Below are positions 10,765-24,039 of a stretch of 64,000 bases of DNA, in pieces. Below the pieces are notes generated by a model, which was not told the DNA's origin, did not search any database, and was given only the letters and a program-made list of their open reading frames with translations. The stretch lies in NCBI RefSeq assembly GCF_963921235.1, contig NC_086097.1, positions 116,872,001 through 116,936,000 on the forward strand, in the 5' to 3' direction. Made by a program: the position numbers and the translations under genes. Every line of letters starts with the position of its first letter. Positions within the stretch are counted from its first letter, which is position 1. This stretch comes from Mobula hypostoma (Eukaryota).

Positions 10765-11518
10765 GATAGATTCATGCTGGGATGGGGCTGGAGGGGTATG
10801 GTTTAGATACTGTAAATTAAGACCAGCTGAGGGGGAGCTTTGGTCAGTATGGACTCATTATGCTGAAGGACCTGTAGTCACGCCCCTGTTTACTATGCTC
10901 TCCAAGTATTGGGATGAATGTCAGGCCTGATGAGATGGGCTAGCAAGCACAAGCTTTAACTTTTGCATGGAATCCTAAATGATGTAATTTATACGAAGAA
11001 AAGCTAGCTGTTTGACATAAAGCAGCAGATGGTATCCATCAACGTGTATCCCATTTTTAATCTTTACTCCTTCTGTTTCACTTTCTTCTGCTCAAATATT
11101 TGCTGATCTCTAAAACTCTCCAGACATCAAATCCAACAGATGGACATCCACGTGTTAGCCAAAATGGTTTATAGTTGGAGGCTGATATTGTTCTGAAAGG
11201 GCTCAGACTTCATCGAGTCTCCATTTCATATACCTAGGGAAAAAAATAACTTTAAGCTGAAGCCATGGAAACAGAAGACAAGATTCTAGGCTGATTTGCT
11301 CTTTCATTCTACCTGAACCACATTGCAATTAAATCAAGTGTTTTTTCTGCCTTTTCCCTCAAGTATACTCTGAGATAAAAAGTGAACAAAAGTTATAAGC
11401 ATGGAAATTATTTAATATTCAGAATGTTCAGCCCAGCATAAGACCTTGATGTGTTTTAGGTTGAATATATCTATATATTGTTATACTGAATCAATCTTAA
11501 ATATACTTGGATGTGCAC

Positions 11519-11905
11519 CCAGTGGTCACGTTATTAGATGTTGTTAGATACAGGAGTGGAATCCAGTGTGGTCTTCTGCTGCTGTAGCCCATCCATTTCG
11601 AGGTTCAACTCTTCATGCATTCAGAGATGCTCTTCCGCACACCATTGTTGTAACACGTAGTTATTTGAGCTACTGTCACCTTTCTGTCAGCTTGAATGAT
11701 TCTGGCCGTTCTCCTCTGACCTCTCTCATTAACAAGGCGTTCTCACCCACAGAACTAGCTCTTGCTGGATACTTTGTTTTGGTTTTTGCACCATTTTCTA
11801 TAAACTCCAGACAATGTTGTTGGTGAAATTCCCAGGAAATTGCAGTTTCTGAGATACTCAAACCACCCTGCCAGGATTCAACAAACATTCCATTTCAAAG
11901 TCACG
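11519..11905 (+). mobile_element. Tc1-derived non-autonomous DNA transposon (partial)
   Basis: Starts CAGTGGTCACGTTATTAG. Homologous to 22490-23003 and, inverted, to 55085-55365. Confidence 0.7.
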
Positions 11906-11919
11906 TAGCTCTAATCTCT

Positions 11920-12240
11920 TAGAAGAATGAGGGTGACCTCATTGAAACCTATCGAAAGGTGAAAGGCCTTGATGGAGTGGATGTGGAGAGGACGTATCCT
12001 TTGGTGGGAGTGTCTACGACCAGAGGACACAGCCTCAAAATAGACAGGTGTCCTTTTAGAACAGAGATGAGAAGGAATTTCTCTAGCCAGAAGGTGATGA
12101 ATCTGTGGAATTCATTGCCACAGGGAGCTGCGGAGGCCAAGTCTTTATGTTAACTTAAGGTAGAGGTTGATAGTTTCTTTATTGGTCAGGGCATGAAGAG
12201 ATATGGGGAGAAGACAGGAGACTGGGGCTGAGAGGAATGC
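11920..12240 (+). mobile_element. CR1 LINE 3' fragment
   Basis: MKGLDGVDVERTYPLVGVSTTRGHSLKI...FRTEMRRNFSSQKVMNLWNSLPQ, matching the C-terminus of the 699-aa ORF. Confidence 0.85.
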
Positions 12241-13603
12241 ACTGTCATTCTTAACTGTTTTGCAACTGAGATTGCAAAGGCACGAGTTTCTTGAACCTTC
12301 ATTGTATTTCAAAAGCTGCGGCCCGGTACTTCTTTCCAACACAGAGAGAGGGCATTCGGCCCTTCTGATCTGTGACAGTTCAGTTCCGATGGCAGTTCTG
12401 TTAATCCCACACTCCCCTCCCCACTTAATTCCCTCATGTGGCAGTTACCTCCCTTCTGACTCTACACACACACACACACACAGGGAAAATGTATACACTC
12501 GAAACAGACAGCACTGGGGCAGCAGTACTACCCGCTGTGCCACTGTGCAACACATCTCCCAAGTAATAGTTCCACAGACATTTCAGAGATTTAAATATCT
12601 AATTCTATGAATGAGGAAGATTGTTCAGTAATGCCAGAACAAACTGCTCAAAAACAAAAGCAGAATGAGAAAATGGGAACATATTATCTCAAAGAGCATC
12701 TAGAAGAGATGGGCATACTTGTTTTGAAGTAAGAAATAACTCCTCTTCATCCTTCAGTGATTTGTCTCCTGTGTTTTACCGGGAGTTTTGTTATTTTCCA
12801 CCATTTTATTGCTTTTCCGTCATTCATTGCCAAACACACCTGCTTCATTTGATCAGAGTAATTTGACAGTTCGGAATTTGCCCTCCGATATTCAAATTCA
12901 ACTTGTGCACATCACCTTTTGCAGAGAAACCAAGTAGTTACTTGTGAGCAAGCAGGCTCGCATGAAGGATTCATTTGGCACTGAGCACAGAATATAATTG
13001 AGCCTCAATGAATCCCTCACCATTATTAAGTGAGCAAATCCATCACATAGGCAGGAGATAAGCATGCTACAAATTAATATACTGTAGAATATAAAAATAG
13101 CTAAGAATGAAATGCACATTAATGAATTAGCATCCAAAACTAAATGAAAACTTCAATGCATGTCAATTAACCTAGCCCAATTTATTGTATTAGCATTAAC
13201 ACTATCCATTTCAGTGTAGTAACATTAACTATATACAGACAGGTACAGTGCATGAGCCTGGGGATCTTGTGGTATATCACTCAAGTTCTAACTCCCCAAA
13301 TCCTTACACCACCTACAAAAAAGATGTATGATGGAATACTCTCCACATGCCATCCATCATGAGTGCAAGTTCAGCAACAGTCACAAAGCTCAAAACTGTA
13401 CACGACAAGGCAGCCAATAATTGACACCCCAAAATATCGCCTTAAAATATTACTTCCTCCACCATTATTTCATACAGGCTTCTGTGAGAACACATTCCAA
13501 GTGGACATAGGCAACAAGAACGACATTACTGCCTGCAAATTTAACTCTGAGTCACATGCCTTTCAGTCTTTGAAATATTTTCTGCTTTCCAATGTTGTCA
13601 TCA

Positions 13604-13988
13604 TCATTATGTGAGGTGTCGTGTGGCGTAGATGATCATAGTCTCATGGCTATGATTGTTCCTGGCAAAATTTTCTACAGAAGTGGTTTGCCATTACCTT
13701 CTTCTGGGCAGTGTCTTTACAAGACGGGTGATCCCAGCCACTATCAATACTCTTCAGAGGTTATCTGCCTGGAGCTGGTGGTCACATAACTGGAACTTGT
13801 GAAATGCACCAGCTGCTCATACAACCATCTACCACCTGCTCTCGTGGCTTCAAGTGACCCCGACCGGAGGGGTTCGGGAGCTAAGCAGGTGCTACACTGT
13901 GCCCGAGAGTGGCCTGCAGATTAGTGGAGGGAAGGAGTACCTTCCACCTCCTTTGGCAGAGACGTATCTCCACCCTGCTACCAGGTGA
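13604..13988 (-). mobile_element. RTE-related non-autonomous retroelement with (ATG)n tail
   Basis: TSD TTGTCATCA at 13595-13603 and 13989-13997. Inverted homologue of 24862-25245. Confidence 0.7.
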
Positions 13989-14664
13989 TTGTCATCACTG
14001 GTCTAAATCCTAGAAATCCCCATGCTAAAGCACTGAGGGAATGTTTTCACCAGAAGGTCTGCTGCAGATTCAAGTCAATAATGGTCGACTTTTCAGTGAA
14101 AATTTGCATTAAGCAGTAAAATGTTAACTTGCCCACATACCCATAAATAAAGAAATAATAATGAATAAACTTTGATTATGTGCATGGTAGTAAGTAACGA
14201 GCATAATGTGCAAATTCAATGTATGGAAGAAAATTCTATACATCCAATTTTTGAGGGCTGTCCTTGCACAAATTCAGTATATGAAGTTTACTTCAAGTCA
14301 CGTATCCAGACAAAGTCTTGAATCTATCCACCTGGCCTTATGTTGCATTAATGCCTTCCAACCACTGGTTCAGTTGGCAGCTGAATTATTTAACTATAAT
14401 ACAATAGGGGCCTCATGATTACAATGAGTCTGTTAGAGAGATACGTGTACAAATCAATTTCTCACAGTTTATTGAGCAGAAAATCCACTGGACATAAGTC
14501 TCAATAGAAAAAAAATGGCCTTGAAGAGCCAAATTTATGTTGGCAATTGAAATTAGCAGGTAAAATTACATGCTGAAGAACATCACCCTTAGCAGGAAGT
14601 CTGAGATGAGGCGATGTATAAAGGGTGCCAGATTCTAAAGCAAGTACAAGAAACAATTCTAAAA

Positions 14665-15460
14665 CAATTTACAAGGACGTTGTTTGGACTTGAGGACCTG
14701 AGTTATTAATTTCATTTGCCCGTTATGCTGCTGGCATTTAGGGCAGCAGTAAAGGTCCTCTATCTAAGCCTGTCCATACCGTCGTACACAGATGCAGGAG
14801 GTGTCTTCGTTGCTGTTTCCATAACAACTTGCTTTAATCAGTCAGGGTTGTTGGTCCTGACCTGAACCGTTGAACCTGGACAACTGGTGGGTCACTTTTA
14901 GTCTAACCTTTATCCTTTGACCTGTTTGCATGGGTGATCATACCAAGATCTAAAAAAAACAAAGCCCTGACTCTGGCCAGCACAGCTCTCTGGGTCATTG
15001 AGGCACACAAGCCTCCAAATCCTACAACAAGTTTGTGGTCTTTTTGGAGGAGTTATAGGGAAAGGTTAAATAGGTTATGAATTCATTCCCTGGAGCACAG
15101 GGGAATGAGGGGAGACCTGAGAGAGATACTCAAAACTGTGAGGGGTACAGATAAGGTAAATATAATCAGGCATTTTCCACTCAGGTGAGACTGGGACAAG
15201 AGGTCATGAGTTAAGGGTGAAAGGTGAAATGTTTAAGGAAACAGAGGGGGAACTTCTTCACTCAGAGGTTGGTGAGCATGTGGAACGAGTAGCCAGTGGA
15301 AGTGGCAGATGTGGGTTTGATTTCAACATTCATGAGAAGTGTGGATATAGGTACAGTACATGAAAGGGAGGGATATGGAGAGCTAAAGACGATGTTCTGG
15401 CTGATGGGACATAGTTTGGCTTGCACTAGATGGGACTAAGGGCCTGCTTCTGTGCGGAGC
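14665..15460 (+). mobile_element. CR1 LINE 3' fragment, split by the insertion at 14707-15049
   Basis: FTR.L.GLEDLSY|RERLNRL restored after removing the insert. Homologous to about 21445-21900. Confidence 0.75.
14707..15049 (-). mobile_element. Short non-autonomous RTE-like element
   Basis: 7-bp TSD GAGTTAT at 14700-14706 and 15050-15056. Reverse strand ends GAGGACCTTTACTGCTGCCCTAAATGCCAGCAGCATAACGGG, an RTE-type 3' end. Confidence 0.65.
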
Positions 15461-15799
15461 CTGTGTTTTTTTTTACATATTCCTTGGAAGTAGAATTTGA
15501 GAAAGCAGCTTAAAAAAATACAAGATTTTGGGGTTTATAAATAGACAGAGATTACAAGAGCAAGGATGTCATGATGTATCTTCTTAAAACACTGTTTCAG
15601 TTGCAATTGAAACATTGCATCCAGATCTCTGCAAAGGAAAATGTGAAAACAATACAGAAGATGCAGACAAGATTTGTCAAATGATTCCGAGATAAGAGAC
15701 TTTAGTTATGACTAAATAGAGCAGCTAAACTTGTTCTCCTTGGAACAGATGGTGATGCAGGTAGATTTGAGAGAGGTATTTAAAATCACAAATGCGAAA

Positions 15800-17545
15800 G
15801 ACCAAGCAGACCAGGAGAGACTGTTCTCATTGCCATAAGAGTCAAGGATACAGATTGAAGGAACCAAAACATACAGTTCTTGGAGAAGTGGGCCTTCTGG
15901 AGCAACACAATCAAATGCTTACTGAAACAGTGCTGAAGGTAAAGAAAAGCAATGGCTGTGATTGGAACACAGCCCCGGACTGGTCCCTTATGGCGAAGAA
16001 TACCATGCACAATGTACATGGCTATAGCCCGTATCAATTTGTATTTGGCCAGAATCCAAACCTTCCCTCTGCACTGGTTGACAGGCTCCAAGGGCACTAC
16101 AAGGAGTGAATGGGTTGGGAAACTGACTTCAGCACTGCATGCATCAAGGAGGAATTTCACTGAAGCAGAGTGTTCAGCGAGAATTCGAAGACATAAAACT
16201 GTTTGATTGATGGGAGAAGGGGGTAAAACAGGAAGGGAAGGAATTGTATTGATTTAACTTTGAGTTGGGCATACTATGCTTAATTATTCCTTATACCTTA
16301 TTGGAAAACATCACTCTGAGGTGTTTTCATCATGATGAAACAGTTGAACAGATGATTTTACAATGTGAGGTTGAAAGAAAGAAAATGCAGGCTGCACGAC
16401 TTTCTTTGGGGGTTGATGGCTTTCATTTAAAAACTTTACTAAGTTATGGAAGTGCCTTCAATTTAATTCACAATATTGTCTTTCATTATTTACGGTCTGT
16501 AGGGCTTTTTGGGATAAGTTAGTTTTCATCTGATAAAAAACTAGTAAGGGTTTTATTTCCCAAATGTCTCCACCACACTGTAGTCCACTGGTGGCGGTAA
16601 TGCATCTTTAAGTTGGATGGCCAACCATCATTAGAAGTCAGAAGGAGAAGAATTTGAAAAGCACTGAGGGCACAGCTCCATCCTACAGATGAGAAATATG
16701 TACAAAGAATATTACAAAAGAGCAGACTGTACAGAATAGAAAGGCCCTAGAGTTGTCATTGGTCAGGATAGAGTGTGGTATTCGTGAGACATGGAGCTAC
16801 ATATGTGAGAGTGCATCATTCCAGACTACGTAAAGCGCAAACTGAAGACCATCAGAACTCCATGGAGAATGAGACAAAAATGAAAAGCACTTACCTGATC
16901 GAGTGTCACATAGCACAAACAGTACTGAAGAAAGTGTAACAGAGGACCCGACAGAATTACTCAACAGTTGCACAACAGTGCAGAAGAGAGTGCAGTTGGG
17001 GACTCTACAGACTTGCTTGAACAGAAATCATTACAAGTGCAAAGACAACGTAGAAGTTTCAGTTTTAAAACAAGACAAACTGAGAATTGTCGACCAAGGC
17101 ACTGGTATCTCATACAAAGCTGAAGTCTTAGGACAAGCAGACAAAATCACTGGGAAAAAGAAAAGTTGACACAACTTGAATTACCAAGAACCAGTCACGG
17201 TCACTGGCACTGCAGGGTCAGTCGATATGTCATGTGTAGACAGGCTTCATATTGAGTCAAGTGTAGATCAGGCCGGACCATCTGGGAAATGTCAAGGTGA
17301 AGATGTATTTGAACCTACAAAACAGGATGACATTGTAGTTGGAGAAATAATGGACTGTTTGAGGAAGTCAGAGACATTGGCCAAAAGACAGTGTCTACAA
17401 GGTGGGTGTGCACCCTGAAACAAACCCCGACAGGAATTATACCAAAAGCATGCCTGTTAGCTAGAGCTTTTGAGGAACTGAACATAGGGAAACTCAAAAA
17501 AGATAAACCAACATGTGCATCACACTCTCTCCGACTACTTTTCTC
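15800..17545 (+). mobile_element. Decayed Ty1/copia element (integrase then RT; GalEa-like)
   Basis: GLLEQHNQMLTE...AKNTMHNVHGYSPYQFVFGQNPNLPS, then KGP.VVIGQD...FVRHGATYVRVH, then STRWVCTLK...PKACLLARAFEE...DKPTC. IN-before-RT order and a KARLVARGF-like motif are copia hallmarks. Confidence 0.75.
16192..16648 (+). mobile_element. 5'-truncated I/Nimb-clade LINE 3' end nested in the copia element
   Basis: Imperfect 12-bp TSD AGAATTCGAAGA (16180-16191) / AGAATTTGAAAA (16649-16660). Remnant LGHTMLN...LIGKH...ETVE..ILQC, 3' motif GGTGGCGGTAATGCA and GAA-type tail. Confidence 0.65.
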
Positions 17546-17559
17546 AACGAATCCAGTCC

Positions 17560-18830
17560 TTACAAATGCGTGCTGCACTGGACTCCACCAGAGCCTCCTG
17601 TGTGTGAAGAGCCATCGGGGTGTGGAGGAGGACAGAGAGAGTGAGTCGGGCTATGGTGCTCGAATGTGGGGCAGGAGGGAGCTTACCAGATAGAAGGCCC
17701 CTCGTCTCTACCTGGTGGTGCCATTTTCTGGGACGCAGGGGGCATTCGATGCAGTGGTGATTTGCTGCTCTGCAGTGCACGCAGAAGTTGTTTCGCCACT
17801 GACACTTGTGCTCTTGGTATTTAAGCAAGCTCTCCGTAACTGCTCAGGTTCTGTAGGCACTGTTGATGAGGTCACTCCAGCATGAAATGGTCTGAGAATG
17901 GAAATAGGGCTCTGGCTAATGACCTGGAGGGTCATTCCATAAGTCTCCTGTCAATACAAAGGGCCAGAGTGATGAGGTTTTCAAGGTCAATGGGCCTATT
18001 CTGGGTAGACTGCTCATCTTTCAAGCACTCCAATGGGCCGGCAGCATTCCCACGTTCCAGTCACACTCCGTCGCTAGCAGCCCAAATCCCATGGTGTAAT
18101 TCCGCATTGACTGTGAACCATGGCGCAGGTGAAGTATCTGATCCACTGCCTCCCTTCCTCTTCCTGGATGGTTGAAAACCCAACACATCTCAGTGGGAAA
18201 ATCCGCATATTTGTTGCAACTGGTGGTCTTATTGCCCCAGTTAGTGGCAGCCCAGGTCAGAGCTCACTTGGTTGAAAGAGAGATGATGAAGAAAACTTTG
18301 GCTCAACCGAAGAAAACAGAGACGGCTGGAGCTCAAAATGTAAGATGCGCTAGGACGGGAAGTGGTGGTATTAGTTTGGGGATCTGTCGAAGCTTTCAGG
18401 CACCAGAATCAGAGACTCGTCAGGAAGAGGTTGACTGGTGTGGGGTTTCTGTATCGAAAAAGAGAGTTGGAAGAGAGCGGCAAGCAGATGGTCAATGGGT
18501 TCCTGCTGCTTCTGGATTGTGTGCTCATGCCAATGGACAACTTCCTTTAGGCAAGCATACTCTGAGGATCATTCCTGTCAAGAAATATAGAGATGCAGAG
18601 ACAATTTAGCAGTGAGCAATAACTTTAACAATAAACTGCAAGATAGCAAGCCAAGGAATAAGAGAGAATGGATACTAACCACACCAAGGCAACTGAAGGC
18701 TAGGAACAACAGGTTGAGGCTGGCTGGTTCGATGGGTAAACAGGGACTGTGGATGAGAGATGGGCTGTAGGTGATGACCTCGAAATGAGTGGTAGGTGAG
18801 TTCTGATAGCTAGATGGAGACTGGGAGGAG
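17560..18830 (-). mobile_element. Gypsy (sushi/chromovirus-like) gag remnant
   Basis: Reverse-strand PEPEQL.RA.L followed by the CCHC knuckle CVHCRAANHHCIEC-PLRP (ORFs 17708-17935 and 17544-17828). Frameshifted. Confidence 0.62.
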
Positions 18831-19639
18831 GTTGCATTAACTGGCCTGTTTGATAATGTTTGGACCTGATTTCACCATGCTACACTGTTTTGCCTTTCTT
18901 GCTGCATTCATTTTAAATAAGTCCTGCCTGATAGAAAGGATATACTATGAATAGTTCAAAGGGAATTTTTTTTAAATGATGCCCCTCTGTTTGTCAATGA
19001 TGATGGCTTGTAGTTCAGCATGTGATTGAATTTTGGACTAAATCCAACTCGATCTTGATGTCATTCCAATCCACCTGTGTTCACCTGGGCCAGAGGCAGA
19101 GAACTGGGTGAACTGATTACCTAGAACCAAAAGGCTGACTACAAGGTGTAGTCTTGCCTTAATGGGGAGTAGACTTATGCCACTATTCTGCTGAAGTTCT
19201 GCGCTGGGATACCCTAACATCTCTTGACAGTCAATAACTTAAATAATAGTTATTATATAAATGACTAAAGCATGTTACTTAATACAAATAAAATTGAATA
19301 GCTACCACTTACAGATGAGTGTTAGCAGTTTCCTTTCAAATCAGAGGCCACAACAAGTTTAAGTTAGTCCACAACTGAATGTATAAACTTAGGGCTGAAT
19401 TTATTCCTACGTGATTTTATGGAACCTTTCCAAGCATGGATGTAGAAACATTAAGGTCTAAATTTCCTAAGAGGTGTGCATTGATGTTTTGCTTCCCAGT
19501 CAGTATCAGCATGAAGTCCAGTTCTGGTGTCCCATTCCCATGCAGCTCCCCATCCTTTACAGCAAGAAATCTGTCAGATAAACTTGCATCAGCTTAGAAT
19601 TGAAGCAGGGTTGCTGAATTTTCATTTTTGATAAATTTG

Positions 19640-21910
19640 CTGTCAGGGAATGAAACAGGGCAGGTGACAGAAGCTTGGGTATGGAAATACTTTGCATCCA
19701 GTGACCACAATGCCATTAGTTTCAATGTAAGTATGCAAAGAGATAGGTCTGGTACACAAATTGAGGTTCTAATTTGGAGAAAGGCAAATTTTGGTGGTAT
19801 CAGAAATGATCTGGTAAGTATGGATTGGGATAGGCTGGCACAGGTGTACTTAGAAATTAGGTCTTCAAGAGAAAAATTTTAAGAGTGAAAAGCCTGTATG
19901 TGCTTGTGAGAATGAAAGGAAAGATAATAAGTGTAGTGAACCTTGATTTTCAAGAGATATTAAGACGCGGGTTAAGAGAAAAAAAGAGGTGTGTGGCAGG
20001 TATAGGCAAGCAGGAACAAATGAGGTGCTTATGGAGTACAAGAAATGCAAGAGACCACTCAAGAAAGAAATAAGAAAAGCTAAAAGAAGGCATGAAGCTG
20101 ATCTAGCAGATAAAGTGAAGGAGAATCCTAAGGGATTCCACAGATACAATAAGAACAAAAAGATTGCAAGGGACAAAAATGGTCCCCTGGAAGATAAGAA
20201 TGGTAATCTATGTGTGCAGCCAAAACAGATGGGGAAGATCTCAAATGCATTCTTTACATCTGTATTTACTCAGGAAACAGATACAGAGTCCATAGAAGTG
20301 AGGGAAAGCAGCATCAACTTCATAGATGCTGTACAGATTACAGAGGAGGAGTTGTTTGCTGTCTTCAGGCAAATTAGGGTTGAGAAATCCCCAAAGTGTT
20401 CCCTTAGACCCTGTGAGGGACAAGTGCAGAAACTACAGGAGCCCTAGCAGAGATGTTCAAATCATCCTTAGTGATAGTGGAGGTATCAGAGGATTGGAGG
20501 ATAGCTAACGTTGCTCTGTTGTTTAAAAAAAGCTCTAAACAGAAAGCAGGTGAGTCTGACATCAGTTGTGGCAAATTTATTGGAAGGTTATTCTAAGGGA
20601 ATGGATATATAAACATTTAGATAGATATTAACTGATTAAGAATATTCAGCATGACTTTGTGCATGGTAGGTCATGTCTAACCAATCTTATAGAATTTTTT
20701 GAGGAAGTTACCAGGAAAGTGGATGAAGGCAAGAGGTGGATGTTGTCTGCATGAACTTTGGTAAGGCTTCTGACAAGATCCTGCATGGGAGGCTAGTCAA
20801 GAAGCTTCAGTCGCTTGGCATTCAGGATGAGATAGTAAATTAGATTAGACTTTGTGGGAGAAGCCAGAGAGTGATCATAGAAGGTTGCCCTGTCTGACTG
20901 GAAGCCTGTGACTAGCAATATGCTGCAGCGATTGGTGTTGGTTCCTTCGTTGTTTGTCATCTACTGAATTTCAATGATCTGAATGATAATATGGTTAACG
21001 GGATCAGCAAATTTGCAGATGAAATCAGGATTGGTTGGTAGTGGACAGTGAAGAAGGCTATCATGGCTTGCAAATGGATTTGTATCAGCAGGAAAAATGG
21101 GCTGAAAATGGCAGATGCAGACAAGTGCGAGGTTTTGCACTTCGGTAGGACCAACCAGGGTAGGTCTTACACAGTGAGTGGTAGGGTGCGGAAGAGTGTG
21201 GTAGAACAAAGGGATCTGAGAATACAAGTACATAATTCATTGAAAGTGGTGTCACATGTAGATAGGGCTGTAAAGAAAGCTTTTGGCTCATCAGCCTTCA
21301 TAAATCAATGCACTGAGTATAGAAGATTGAATGTTATATTGAAGTTGTATAAGATGTTGGTGAGGCCTAATTTAGAGTATTGTGTGCAGTTTTGGTTACC
21401 TACCTACAGAAAAGATGTAAACAAGGTTGAAAGGTTGCAGAGAAAATTTACAAGGATGTTGCCAGGTCTGGAGGACCCGAGTTATAAGGAAAGATTGAAT
21501 AGATTAGGACAGTATTCTTTAGAACATAGAAGGTTGAGAGGAGATTTGATAGTGGGATACAAAAATTATGAGGGGTATAGATAGGTTAAATGCAAGCAGT
21601 CTTATTCTACTGAGGTTGGGTGGGACTACAACCAAATGTCACGGGTTAAGGGTGAAAGGTAAGAAGTGTAAGAGGAACATGAGGGGAAACTTCTTCAATC
21701 AGAGGGTCATGAGTGTGGAATGGACTGCCAACACAAGTGGTTCATGCAAACTCGATTTCAACATTTAAGAGAAGTTTGGATAGATGTATGGATGGTAGAG
21801 ATATGGAGGGCTATGGTCCTGTTGCAGCTTGTTGGGAGTAGGCAGTTTAAATGTTTTTTGGCATAGACTAAAGGTCCTGTTTTTATGCTGTACTTCTCTA
21901 TGACTCTTAA
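19640..21910 (+). mobile_element. Decayed CR1 LINE (end of endonuclease to 3' UTR)
   Basis: SSDHNAISF, VKENPKGF.RY, SKFADE, KCEVLHFGR, LVRPNLEYCVQFW, with many stops and frameshifts. Confidence 0.9.
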
Positions 21911-22489
21911 GTTTACCTGTGTTTTAGTGGTTATTATTTTAAATGTTTCAATAGTTTATTTTTTTTTTCTGTTTCTGAATGATGGAGCAGTTCTTCAAAT
22001 ATCTGGCTGTTTTAACATTTGTTAAGGCTGGAGCTTTGCTTAAAGATCTGTCAGAGATTTTCCCAGCATTTCTCTGGATTGCTTATAGCTTACTTCACCT
22101 AGAAGATCCTTACATTTTGCAGAGGCTAACTAGCCAGCATGAAATTAGCTTTGTTGAAGGTGTTTCTTCTAGCTAGTCTACTGTAGGCAAGTGGTCAGTC
22201 TCATGAGGTTACGAGGATATATTGTGCTATCAACAGCTCATAGTTATATATTGTCTTTTTGATGACTCTGTATACAAATGTAAATATATAATGAGGAATA
22301 TCTTGCATATGGTGCAGTAATTGACCAAGCACAGAACGATATGCGAAGGTAAGCATACACAGTTCAGCATGTAATATTGTACAATGAATTATTCCAATAC
22401 TAGCCACATAAGGGCTCCACAAAAGTTGAATGGATGTATGCACAATAGTTACATGCACAATGTATGACAATGATTGCAATTCATTAATT

Positions 22490-23003
22490 CAGCTACTTTA
22501 TTAGATACAGGAGTAGAGCCCCATGTGGTCTTCACCCGCTGTAACCCATCTGTTCAAGTTTCGACATGTTGTGCATTTAGAGGCGCTCTTTCTTACACTG
22601 CTGTTACAACACGTGGTTAGTTGAGTTACCGTCACCTCCCCGTCAGATTGAACGAGTCTGGCTATTCTTCTCTGACCTCTCTCTTAACGAGGTGTTTCTA
22701 CCAACAGAACTGCTGCTCACTGGATGTTTTTTTTTTGTTTTTCACACCATCCTCTGTAAACTTCAGTGACTGTTGGTGAAAGTCCCAAGAGATCAGAGAT
22801 ACTCAAATCACCCTGTCTGCCACAAACATTTCACGGTCAAAGTCACTTAGATCACATTTCTTCCCAATTCTGATGTTTGGACTGAATGACATTGGAACCT
22901 CTTGACCATGTCTGCATGCTTTTATGCATTGAGTTGCTGCCACATGATTGGCTGATTAGATATTTGCATTAACAAGCAGGTGTACATAATAAAATGGCCA
23001 CTG
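22490..23003 (+). mobile_element. Tc1-derived non-autonomous DNA transposon, near-complete
   Basis: Degenerate inverted ends TCAGCTACTTTATTAG...CATAATAAAATGGCCACTGA. Homologous to the 11519 and 55085 copies. Confidence 0.7.
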
Positions 23004-24039
23004 ATTGGGACATTAGCCATATACTGCTGATGTTTAATCTGTACAGTTAAAAATGCCTTGTTTATTGCATGAATAATTGCTATATGCTTTCAATGTGTGA
23101 AAAGTATCTATACAGTGCTCATTGTCTGTATTTGAATATACAGTATACTGTACACTGTGAATCCATTGACCTTACTCAGCTCATATTTCTCGTAATTGAC
23201 TCTAAACAAACAACACCTGAACATGTGCGGAATGAAAATGAACCGTGACTAAAGCTTCCATATTTGCATCCTGACTATATTCCACTTAGCGTTCGCAAAA
23301 GCCCTGAACGGCCCAAAAGCCCAAATGTCTGAATGCTGGCTCCATCCGGTTCAGTCTGCAAAATGCTACCACAACAGATTTGTAGCATTTGTCCTGAAGC
23401 TAGTTGCAAGTGCACAGCTTGTACTGTTCCTATCCGTTAATTTTAATGGACGAAATTCACAGACTGTGTACCTGCAACGATCTAAGGTATTTATCTCTCG
23501 GAGTTGCAGAAGAACAGGTTTGTGAATATTAACCATGCACAGCTAATACAATGCCATTAAGCCACGTCGAGCACAATGTCAGCCTCTGGGTACAAGTGCT
23601 CTGCAATACAGGTATTTTTCTCTTGTCTCCAAACACAAAGGAAAGCTTTGAAAAATAAATTCAACCGATTGATCTTGAACCAAAATACAAGATTTTGTCA
23701 ACTTATTTTGGTTAAATTAACTGACTGCATTAATTGTGTTATATTTTTAGGAAATCCCATGACAGATACAGGGACAAAGTGGGTTCACAACATGCTTTTC
23801 AGAACTGAAATTTTATGGCAATCAGTGGAATCCAAGCAAATGCAAAAGGCAGGCATGGGGACACTATGAAGGACTAATTATCTGCAGGGTCTCTTGCAGA
23901 GGTCCATGGGAGTTATTAGTCTTAAAACCATTCACAGGAGACTGGGGAGCCATAAGAAAGATTAATCTTGGAGAATGGGCTATTGAGTAGAGGAGAGAAG
24001 ATGTATTAAATCAAAGCAGTCAAATTCAACATAGATATG

